This document shows, piece by piece, positions 1 through 7,869 of a DNA stretch of 24,801 bases. Below the pieces are notes generated by a model. That model saw nothing but the letters and a program-made list of their open reading frames with translations. It was not told the origin of the DNA and did no database searches. The translations under genes were made by a program, and so were the position numbers. Numbering within the stretch: position 1 is the stretch's first letter; every line of letters starts with the position of its first letter. Source of the DNA: Candidatus Eiseniibacteriota bacterium (lineage in GTDB: Bacteria > Eisenbacteria > RBG-16-71-46); contig JANLOX010000064.1 of NCBI GenBank assembly GCA_031366795.1, forward strand, positions 1 through 24,801, written 5' to 3'.

Positions 1-1
1 G

Positions 2-268
2 CTCAACCTCACCGAGGCCAGCTACGTGGTGCTGTTCGATCCGTGGTGGAACCCGGCCGTCGAGGCGCAGGCCATCGACCGCACCCACCGCATCGGCCAG
101 ACACGCAACGTCATCGCCTTCCGCATGCTGACGCGCGGCACGATCGAGGAGAAGATCTGGGAGCTTCAGCAGCGCAAGGCTGCCCTCGCCCGCGATGTCT
201 TGGGCGAAGACGGATTCGCGCGCACGCTGACCAAGGCCGACCTCGAATACCTGCTTTCCGCGGAATAG
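2..268 (+). CDS. SNF2/SWI2-family helicase, C-terminal fragment (5' truncated by window edge)
   Basis: Frame from base 2 reads [33 protein letters not shown], the SNF2 helicase motifs V-VI, then TIEEKI; TAG at 266-268. Confidence 0.93.
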   Translation, partial: LNLTEASYVVLFDPWWNPAVEAQAIDRTHRIGQTRNVIAFRMLTRGTIEEKIWELQQRKAALARDVLGEDGFARTLTKADLEYLLSAE

Positions 269-280
269 GCGAACTCATTC

Positions 281-1927
281 ATGATTTCTTTCAGCGACAT
301 CTCCAAGCAGTACGGCCGCCAGGTGTTGTTCGTCGACGCCAGTTTCCAGCTCAACCCGGGCGAGAAGGTTGGACTGGTTGGCCCCAACGGCGCCGGCAAG
401 ACCACCGTGTTCCGCATGATTGTGGGTGAGGAATCGCCGGATGACGGCGGTGTCAGCGTGCCCAAGCGCGTGACGATCGGCTACTACCGCCAGGACATCG
501 GCGAGATGTCGGGGCGCTCGGTGCTCGATGAGGCGATCGCGGGCAGCGGCACGCTCGGCGAATTGCATCACGAATTGGAAGCGCTCGAGAAGGCGCTCGC
601 CGATCCCGCGCGCGCCGATGAGATGGAGCGGACGCTCGAGCGCTTCGGCAACGTGCAGGACGCCTACATGCAGGGTGGGGGTTACGAACTCGAGGCGCGC
701 GCGCGGGAGATCCTGCACGCGCTCGGCTTCGAGGACGCGCAGATGGACGGCGATGTCGGCGCGCTGTCGGGCGGCTGGAAGATGCGCGTGGGACTCGCGC
801 GCATCCTGCTCGGGCGGCCCGATGTGCTGCTGATGGATGAGCCCACGAACCATCTCGACATCGAATCGATCCTGTGGCTCGAGAAGTTCATTCGCGATTA
901 CCCCGGCGCCGTGCTGATGACGTGCCACGACAAGGACTTCATGAACCGCATCGTCGATCGCATCGTCGAGATCGACGCGGGCGCGTTTACTTCGTACACC
1001 GGCGATTACGATTTCTACGTGCGCGAACGCGCGATCTCCTCGGCGAACCGCGAGGCGGCCCATGCGCGCCAGCAGGCCATGCTTGCCAAGGAGCGCCGCT
1101 TCATCGAACGGTTCACCGCGCACGCCGCGAAGGCCGCGCAGGTGCAGAGCCGCGTGAAGAAGCTCGAGAAGATCGAAGTGATCGAGCTGCCGAAGAGCCG
1201 CAAGGTGGTCGAGTTCCAGCTGCGCAACCCGCCGCGCTCGGGTGAGGATGTCGTCGAGTTGCGCGGCGTCTGCAAGGCGTATGGCGAACGCGTCGTCTAC
1301 GAGGGCTTCGACCTGGTGATCCGCCGTGGCGAGCGCTGGTGCGTCATGGGCCGCAACGGTGCGGGCAAGACGACGCTGCTCAAGTTGATCGCCGGTGCCA
1401 TCGAGCCCGACGACGGCGCGGTGCGGCTCGGGGCCTCGCTCAAGATGGGCTACTTCGCGCAGCAGGCGCTCGACCTGCTCGACCCGGACCTCACCGTGTT
1501 CGAGCAGATCCAGAAGGACTTTCCCATGGATGGCCAGGGGCCGCTGCGCAACCTGCTCGGCGCCTTCCAGTTCTCGGGCACTGACATCGACAAGCCGATC
1601 CGTATTCTCTCAGGGGGCGAGAAGTCGCGGCTCGTGCTGGCGCGCATGCTGTTCGATCCGCCGAACTTCCTCGTGCTCGACGAGCCGACGAATCACCTGG
1701 ATCTCGAAACCAAGGAGATGCTGGTCGAGTCCCTGCGCAACTTCGAAGGCACCATGTTGTTCGTGAGCCACGACCGCACGTTCCTCAAGGGCCTGAGCAA
1801 CCGCGTGCTCGAGTTGCGCCCCGGCGACGGCGGGTCGATCCCGGCGCAGCCGCCGTTCGAATACGGCGGCTCGTACCTCGAATTCGTGGAACGCACCGGC
1901 AGCGAGGCCGCGGGCGTGCACGGGTAG
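281..1927 (+). CDS. ABC-F family ATP-binding protein (ribosome-associated type)
   Basis: Two ABC cassettes (GPNGAGKT, LSGGW, DEPTNHLD; GRNGAGKT, LSGGE, DEPTNHLD, SHDR) joined by a linker (IERFTAHAAKAAQVQSRVKKL); no transmembrane segment. Confidence 0.95.
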   Translation: MISFSDISKQYGRQVLFVDASFQLNPGEKVGLVGPNGAGKTTVFRMIVGEESPDDGGVSVPKRVTIGYYRQDIGEMSGRSVLDEAIAGSGTLGELHHELEALEKALADPARADEMERTLERFGNVQDAYMQGGGYELEARAREILHALGFEDAQMDGDVGALSGGWKMRVGLARILLGRPDVLLMDEPTNHLDIESILWLEKFIRDYPGAVLMTCHDKDFMNRIVDRIVEIDAGAFTSYTGDYDFYVRERAISSANREAAHARQQAMLAKERRFIERFTAHAAKAAQVQSRVKKLEKIEVIELPKSRKVVEFQLRNPPRSGEDVVELRGVCKAYGERVVYEGFDLVIRRGERWCVMGRNGAGKTTLLKLIAGAIEPDDGAVRLGASLKMGYFAQQALDLLDPDLTVFEQIQKDFPMDGQGPLRNLLGAFQFSGTDIDKPIRILSGGEKSRLVLARMLFDPPNFLVLDEPTNHLDLETKEMLVESLRNFEGTMLFVSHDRTFLKGLSNRVLELRPGDGGSIPAQPPFEYGGSYLEFVERTGSEAAGVHG

Positions 1928-1965
1928 GCTCCTGTTTGCTGCGGCCGCGCGAACCGCGCTCGTGG

Positions 1966-4158
1966 TTAGCGCAACGACACGAACTTGCGCGTGATGCTGC
2001 GGCCCTCGGACTCCATGCGCACGAAGTACAGCCCCGGCGCCAACGCCGCGCTGCGCGCCGTCGTGGGCAGCGTGTGGCGGCCTTCGCCGAAGCGACCGTT
2101 CGCCAGCTCGTCGACGAGGCGCCCCTGCGCGTCCATCAGTGTGATGCGAACCTGGGCATCCTCGGCCAACGTGAATTGTGCCGACAGCGGACCGCGCACC
2201 GGGTTGGCCGCGAAGGCCAGCGAGGGCTCGCCTGCTGCGGCATCCGTGGTCTCGCCTTCCTGTTCAGCGGCGCCGACGAAGGAAAGTTCACCGGCGGGAG
2301 TCGCCGTCACAATTGCGCTTCCACCGTCATCGTTGAGGATGGTGCCGATGCCCTGCGCGTCCTTAAGGGTGGCGTTGGTTGGCGAGAACAGGTTCACCGC
2401 GAAGGTCTCGTTTCGCTCGACCCTCTTGTCGCCCTTCACCTGCACGGTGATCACGGCGCTCGGGGCTCCCGCGGGAATCGTCAGCCAACTGTTGCGGCCG
2501 ATATAGTCGCCGGAACTCGCGGAAGCGGTGATGCCCGCGGTCGCGAACTTCACCGTGACCGGGGCGGCCGAAACCACCGACAGCGACACCGTGAAGTTAA
2601 ATGCCTTGTAGCCGCTGTTGCCCTCAGGCAACGACACGTCGGAGATCGACAGTTGCGGCAGCGCCGCTCCGGTGTCGTCGTTGAGGATCGTGCCCGTCGC
2701 TGTCGACGTTCCCAGCATAGCATTCGTCGGCGCAGACAGGATGACCTGGAAGGTCTCGTCGGGCTCGACTTTGGTGTCGCCGGTGATCGAGACGCCGATC
2801 ATGCCGCTGGTGGCGCCCGGTGCAATCGTCAAGGTGCTCGCCACGCCCGTGTAGTCATGGTCCGTCGTGGTGGCAGTGATGCCCTTGGTGGCAACGTTCA
2901 CCTTGATCGTGTTGGCGCTCGGGTTCGAGAGCGTGACCGCGAAGTTCAGCGTGTGCGAGCCCGAGTTGCCCTCGAGCATGCTGCCGCCCGCGATTGAGAT
3001 CACCGGCTTGGAATCGTCGTTATCGATCGTGCCGAGGCCGATGCTGTCGGACAGTGTGGCGCCCAGCGCGTGCGTGAGCCGCAGCGTAAACGTCTCGTCC
3101 GATTCGAACTTGGTATCGCCCTTGACCGTGACCGCGAGGGGCACGCTGCCCGTCGATGCGGGGATGTCCAGCGTTCCACTCGCCGTGAGGTAATCCTCCG
3201 TGGCCGTCGCCGTGCCGGACTGGGTGGCGTAGTTCACATGGATTGGGTTGGCGGAGGGCGGCGTCACCGTCACCGTGAAGGTGGCCAGGCTCGAGCCGGA
3301 GTTTCCTTCGGTGACGTGCACGTCGTCGATGCTTACCACCGAGCTTGCCACGATGACGGCAGCGAACGTCGCATCGATCGTGTGATCCGCCGTCACATTC
3401 GAAAAGCTGTAGCTCCCCACGGCGCCCACGGAGATTCCGTCGACCGTCACATCGGCGATCTGGTAGTTCGGGTCCGCTCCGATGACGAAGTTCTGGCTGC
3501 CGCCATAGTCGACGCTCACCGGGCCATCAGGCGTGATGCTGCCGTTCGCGCCGGCCGTCGCGGTGATCGTGTAAGTGTCAATCGCGAAGGACGCGGAGAT
3601 CGTGTGATTGGTGCTGATCGAGCTGAGGGTGATGCTCGACACCGGCCCCACGGCGACGCCATCGAGAATGACATTGGCGAGGTGGTAGTGCGCATCGCCG
3701 GCGATCGTGAACTCCGGGCTCGTTCCGGCATCTACCACGACCGTGCCGCCTGGCGTGATGCTGCCGTTCGGGCCGGCGCTCGTGGTGACGGTGTAAGTGT
3801 CGATCGTGAAAGTGGCCGAGATCGTGTGGTTGGCCGTCACATTGTTAAATGGATAGCTGTTCGCCGGGCCGATTGAGACGCCGTCAACGATGACATTGGT
3901 CACGTGGTAATTCGGATCGGCGGTGATAGTGAAGGTCTGCGAGCCGCCCGCGGAAACAGCGACGGAGCCGCTGGGGGAAATGGAGCCACCGCTGCCCGCG
4001 ATGGCGTCGATGGTGTACTGGATCGGGGCAACCTGCGGTGCCGCGACCGCTTCAGCCGCGAAGCCTTGGCCCAGCGCTGCGCACACGCACAGCGAGAGTG
4101 CGGACACGAAGTGACGGGGATGCCGCGAGACCGCGGCGATCCGGTGATAAGGACGCAC
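1966..4158 (-). CDS. Secreted/surface repeat protein: 3 divergent InlB-B-type repeats, 3 Calx-beta domains, C-terminal T9SS-CTD/FlgD-Ig-like domain
   Basis: GTG at 4158 preceded by GGGAGG; signal-like segment ending AEAVAA. Three repeats YTI.A.AG.NGSI.P.G...V..G.S..F.I..D.NY at 222-nt spacing. Three Calx-beta units (SI.D....EGNSG...F.V.LS...GD...E.DETF...GTI.NDD). Tail NPVRGPLSAQFTL...MDAQGRLV...LAPGLYFVRM. Confidence 0.85.
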   Translation of the reverse strand: MRPYHRIAAVSRHPRHFVSALSLCVCAALGQGFAAEAVAAPQVAPIQYTIDAIAGSGGSISPSGSVAVSAGGSQTFTITADPNYHVTNVIVDGVSIGPANSYPFNNVTANHTISATFTIDTYTVTTSAGPNGSITPGGTVVVDAGTSPEFTIAGDAHYHLANVILDGVAVGPVSSITLSSISTNHTISASFAIDTYTITATAGANGSITPDGPVSVDYGGSQNFVIGADPNYQIADVTVDGISVGAVGSYSFSNVTADHTIDATFAAVIVASSVVSIDDVHVTEGNSGSSLATFTVTVTPPSANPIHVNYATQSGTATATEDYLTASGTLDIPASTGSVPLAVTVKGDTKFESDETFTLRLTHALGATLSDSIGLGTIDNDDSKPVISIAGGSMLEGNSGSHTLNFAVTLSNPSANTIKVNVATKGITATTTDHDYTGVASTLTIAPGATSGMIGVSITGDTKVEPDETFQVILSAPTNAMLGTSTATGTILNDDTGAALPQLSISDVSLPEGNSGYKAFNFTVSLSVVSAAPVTVKFATAGITASASSGDYIGRNSWLTIPAGAPSAVITVQVKGDKRVERNETFAVNLFSPTNATLKDAQGIGTILNDDGGSAIVTATPAGELSFVGAAEQEGETTDAAAGEPSLAFAANPVRGPLSAQFTLAEDAQVRITLMDAQGRLVDELANGRFGEGRHTLPTTARSAALAPGLYFVRMESEGRSITRKFVSLR

Positions 4159-4411
4159 GATGAAATCCTCCCGAAGGATGGATAGGGTAGAAGCGGACGG
4201 GGCGCCGTCGACGCGTCCTTGCCGTCCGGGCAGTGCCACTAGAGAATGCCAATGGAAAACCATAGTTAGCGCACTTCTGCGCGACAAGTACATTCTCACG
4301 AAACGCCGTGTGAACAACCCCGGCGGTGCCGAATCGGAGCTGTTGCAAGCAAACGGACAGCCCTGGCCATGCTTAATTCACCCAGATCAAACAGTTTTAC
4401 GGGAGATCGAA

Positions 4412-5062
4412 ATGTCCGACGTATCCTCGCTGGTCACCTCCGAGCATTTCCACTACATCGCCGAGCGCACGGTTCGCGAAGACGCGTTCCTCGCCGACCT
4501 CAAGAGGGCGGCGGCCGCCGAAGGCATTCCGCCGATCTGGGTGGCTCCCGAACAGGCGAGCTTCATGCAAGTGTTGCTCAAGCTGACGCGCGCGAAGGAG
4601 GTCGTCGAGGTCGGCACGCTTGCGGGATATTCAGCGATCTCCATGGCGCGCGCGCTGCCGGCCGATGGGCTCGTGCGCACGATTGAGATCAGTCCCAAGC
4701 ACGCCGAGTTCGCGCGACGCTGGGTGGCGCGTTCCGATGTGGCCCCGCGCGTGGTGGTGCACCTGGGTGGCGGCATGGAAATATTGCCGGGCTTCGCAAC
4801 CGACTCAGCCGACGCCGCGTTCCTTGATGCGGACAAGTCGAGCTATCCATTCTACCTCGAGGAGTGTATTCGCATCGTGCGCCCGGGTGGACTGATCATG
4901 GCCGACAATGCGTTCGCGTTTGGGCAACTGCTCGACGCCAACGCCACCGACCGCGAAGTGCCGGCGGTGCGTGCATTCAATGAAGTCATGGCGAAGGAAT
5001 CACGCTTGCACAGCGTGATCGTGCCGATTGGCGATGGACTGTGGGTCGGTGTCAAGCGCTGA
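4412..5062 (+). CDS. SAM-dependent O-methyltransferase (CCoAOMT/YrrM-like, Methyltransf_3)
   Basis: ATG 4412 after GGGAGA; motifs EVGTLAGYS, FLDADK, RPGGLIMADN, PIGDGL. Confidence 0.92.
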   Translation: MSDVSSLVTSEHFHYIAERTVREDAFLADLKRAAAAEGIPPIWVAPEQASFMQVLLKLTRAKEVVEVGTLAGYSAISMARALPADGLVRTIEISPKHAEFARRWVARSDVAPRVVVHLGGGMEILPGFATDSADAAFLDADKSSYPFYLEECIRIVRPGGLIMADNAFAFGQLLDANATDREVPAVRAFNEVMAKESRLHSVIVPIGDGLWVGVKR

Positions 5063-5084
5063 CCGGATAGAGGACCGGATTCCC

Positions 5085-5834
5085 ATGAAAGATCTCGAGA
5101 CGATCTAGAATTTCGCCGATCCCGCGGCGACCGAAGCCGCCTTCCTCGCAATGTTGCCGGAGGCCGAGCGTGAAGGTGGCGAGGCGCCGCTCGAACTGTT
5201 GACGCAGCTGGCGCGCACCCACAGCCTGCGGAAGCAGTTCGATGAAGCGCACGCGCTGCTCGATCAGGTCGTGACGCGGATGACGCCGGAGATGACGCGC
5301 ATCCACATGTTCCTGTTGCTCGAGCGTGGGCGCTGTTTCAATTCGGCGGGCAAGCCTGCGGAGGCGCGGCCGTTGTTCCTCGAGGCGTGGCAGCTCGGTG
5401 AAGCCGGTGGCGACGAGGGCCTCGCAGTCGATGCCGGGCACATGCTGGGCATCGTCGACTCGCGCGAGGTCGCCATCGATTGGAACACCCGCTCGCTGGC
5501 GATCGCGCAACGCTCGACGGATCCCCGCGCTCGCCGCCTGGTGGGCGCGTTGATCAACAACATGGGCTGGACGTATCACCACATGGAGCGCTACGACGAA
5601 GCGCTGCAGTGGTTCGAGGTCGCGCTGGCGTTGCGTACGGCCGAAAAGCACCCTGCGCGAATTCATGTGGCGCAATGGTGCGTGGCGCGGTGCCTCCGGT
5701 CGCTCGGGCGCATCGATGAGGCGCTGGCGATGCAGCGCGCGCTCAAGGCGGCGTGTGAAATCGGTGGCGAGCCAGATCCTTACGTGAACGAGGAAATCGC
5801 GGCCTGCGAGCTGGCTCTTCAGCAGAAGGGATAG
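5085..5834 (+). CDS. Tetratricopeptide-repeat protein; in-frame TAG at codon 8 (possible pseudogene, or restart at ATG 5151)
   Basis: GAGGA upstream of ATG 5085; reads MKDLETI*NFADPAATEAAFLAMLPE in frame with ORF 5151..5834. TPR-like helices (LLERGRCFNSAG, NNMGWTYHHMERYDEAL, ARCLRSLGRIDEAL). Confidence 0.75.
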
Positions 5835-5855
5835 GACGGGCGCCGCGTTTGGACC

Positions 5856-5885
5856 TTGACCTGAGCCAATACGGGTAGCCACAAT
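5856..5885 (+). promoter_or_regulatory. Putative sigma70-type promoter upstream of ORF 5973
   Basis: TTGACC (5856-5861), 18-nt spacer, CACAAT (5880-5885). Confidence 0.35.
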
Positions 5886-5972
5886 CGTGGCACAAGACCA
5901 AACCGTCGCGCGTTCCAACGGACTTAAGCGGAGTCCGGTCCCCGTCGCTTGCCCGCTCACGGGAGTTAACGC

Positions 5973-6284
5973 ATGCGCCACCTTGCCCGGACCCTGTTAC
6001 TGGCCGCTTGCTTGGTTCTGGGTGTGGCATTGCCCACGTGGGCCGGAAGCCTGTGCGGAACAGTGCGCAACCGGCAGACGAGCGCAGTCATGGCGCATGC
6101 CGGCATCTTCCTGCGCACGCCCGCGGGCGCTTGCACGGGGATCTACGGCGCTACCGTCACGCTCACCAGCGCGAATTGCGTTACCGGTTTCGGCGGTAAC
6201 GGTGGTCCCGGCGGAGCAGGTGGCATCGGCGAGATTCCAGGCCATACGGGATCTTCCGGCGCTTCGATCCAGCACATTCCCTGA
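5973..6284 (+). CDS. Small secreted hypothetical protein, probably a chimeric or deleted remnant
   Basis: GGGAG upstream of ATG; clear signal peptide MRHLARTLLLAACLVLGVALPTWA; then GSLCGTVRNRQTSAVMAHAGIFL (like the start of a carboxypeptidase-regulatory-like beta-sandwich); ends in a Gly-rich tail. Confidence 0.55.
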   Translation: MRHLARTLLLAACLVLGVALPTWAGSLCGTVRNRQTSAVMAHAGIFLRTPAGACTGIYGATVTLTSANCVTGFGGNGGPGGAGGIGEIPGHTGSSGASIQHIP

Positions 6285-6381
6285 CGCGCGATTTTCTAAG
6301 GTCACAACGGCATGGCTTCTTTCGGGCGCCTTGCCGTTGTCGTCTATCCGGCGCGTGGGCGCTGCGCCGCTGGGCGATCGA

Positions 6382-7188
6382 TCACCGGCTCAACAATCCC
6401 GCGTCCAACACGAATTGTGATCCCGTTACGAAGCGCGCCCTTGGTGACACCAGCCACGCGACCATCTCGGCGACATCGTCGGGCTCGATCCACGGCACCG
6501 GCAGCAGGTTGCCCGCGGAGCGTTCGGCGATCTCGCGCGGGGTCATGCCTTCCATCGCGGCGAGGCCATCGTTCATGGGAGTGTTGACGCCCGTCGGGTG
6601 GATCGACACGACGCGCACGCCGTGCGGTGCCAGTTCGATCGCCCACGACTTGGTCAGGCCGACGAGTCCCCACTTGCTCGCGGCGTAGTGGCTGAGCCGG
6701 TTCATGCCGCGGAGGCCCGCCACCGATGAGTTGTTGATGATGACGCCGGAGCGCTGGGCGATCATGTGGGGGATGACGTGGCGGGCTACGATCCAGGCGC
6801 CTTTCAGGTTGATGTCGAGCATAGCGTCCCATTCGGATTCGGGCAGCTCGTGCGCTAAGCCGTAGGCGCAGATGCCGGCGTTGTTGAATAGGATGTCGAT
6901 GCGGCCGAAGGTGCTCGCGGCGGCGGCGACAGCGGCGGCGACCGCCGCATCGTCACGCACGTCGGCGGCGTGGATACTCGCGCGCACGCCGAGCGCTTCG
7001 ACTTCGCGCCGCAGTGAATCGAGTTCGGCGCTCGTGCCCATCGCGTAAGCGGGGTAGCCGAGCGGCTTGGCCACGTCGAGGGCGGCGATGTGGGCGCCGT
7101 GTTGCGCGAGCTTGAGCGCGGTGGCGCGGCCCTGGCCGTGCGCGGCTCCAGTGATGAATGCGACCTGTCCTTCGAGTTCCCTGTTCAT
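6382..7188 (-). CDS. SDR oxidoreductase resembling the mycofactocin-coupled (nicotinoprotein) subfamily
   Basis: ATG 7188 after GGAGG; TGAAHGQG, NNAG, HYAASK, HPTGVNTPM; insertion loop DVAKPLGYPAYAMGTSAEL after beta-2. Confidence 0.9.
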   Translation of the reverse strand: MNRELEGQVAFITGAAHGQGRATALKLAQHGAHIAALDVAKPLGYPAYAMGTSAELDSLRREVEALGVRASIHAADVRDDAAVAAAVAAAASTFGRIDILFNNAGICAYGLAHELPESEWDAMLDINLKGAWIVARHVIPHMIAQRSGVIINNSSVAGLRGMNRLSHYAASKWGLVGLTKSWAIELAPHGVRVVSIHPTGVNTPMNDGLAAMEGMTPREIAERSAGNLLPVPWIEPDDVAEMVAWLVSPRARFVTGSQFVLDAGLLSR

Positions 7189-7211
7189 CGTGGCCTCCGG
7201 GTAAGGGTCTG

Positions 7212-7745
7212 TCATCGCACCGAGCCGGGCCGCCGGTAGCTGCCCAGGTATTCGTCGAGCTCCACGTCGAGCGCGTTGTTGAAGATGTTGGTCGCGATCA
7301 TCATGCCGCCGAACGCGGTCAGGGCGACGAGTTGCGGCGGTGTGAGAAACCCTGCGACGGCCGCGTAGCATGCTTCGGGTACACGCCCCTGGTCACGCGT
7401 GAGCGCGCGCCCGTATGCGACCAGCGCGGTCTCGTGCTCGTTCAGCACGAGGCGGTCCGGATCCTCGCCCGCGTCGATCATGATGCGCCGGAAGAACGTC
7501 GAACAGACCACGCACTCGGCCTCGGTTGAGACGGCGTGCGCGAACACGGTCGTGGCGCGCGAGCCCAGGAATCCCGCGACCTCATCGCGCAGCGGGTACC
7601 ACTCCATCAGCGCGACCAGCGCGCGGGGAGAATGCGCCAGCGTCTGCTTCATATTCGTGACCCGGCCGTGGGCGGCCTGCTGGCGGTCGAGTTCGGCCTT
7701 TGATTCGGGGGCAATCGTCCCGCTGGCGGGCATGACGCGTGGCAT
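7212..7745 (-). CDS. AhpD/carboxymuconolactone-decarboxylase-like protein with CxxC motif
   Basis: ATG 7745 after AAGGAG; helical protein with NM..TLAHSP, HAVSTEAECVVC and C-terminal LVALTAFGGMMIATNIFNNAL, typical of the AhpD-like fold. Confidence 0.75.
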   Translation of the reverse strand: MPRVMPASGTIAPESKAELDRQQAAHGRVTNMKQTLAHSPRALVALMEWYPLRDEVAGFLGSRATTVFAHAVSTEAECVVCSTFFRRIMIDAGEDPDRLVLNEHETALVAYGRALTRDQGRVPEACYAAVAGFLTPPQLVALTAFGGMMIATNIFNNALDVELDEYLGSYRRPGSVR

Positions 7746-7869
7746 TCCCTGACTCCTTGCTGTTGACGGCTGATTGCCCGCTGGGAGAACATTTCCCTCA
7801 CGAGACCGGGGGCCCGATAGCCTCGGCATGCCACGCACCTTTGATTCCAACATCTCCAGGGGGCATCCG

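Noticed and set aside
1..1927. SNF2 + ABC-F as a defence or antibiotic-resistance module
   Set aside because: Only the helicase tail is visible, and the ABC-F looks like a housekeeping type with no feature pointing to resistance or defence.
5886..5972. Possible c-di-GMP or other riboswitch upstream of ORF 5973 (hairpin CGGACT...AGTCCG)
   Set aside because: Only one short stem; the conserved elements of known riboswitch classes are not evident.
5973..6284. RiPP or bacteriocin precursor
   Set aside because: It has a Sec-type signal rather than a RiPP leader, and no radical SAM, YcaO, lanthionine synthetase or peptidase-ABC gene is in the window.
7746..7869. Possible riboswitch in the divergent region before the AhpD-like gene
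   Set aside because: Only a small GGGAGA/TTCCC hairpin; no recognisable aptamer.
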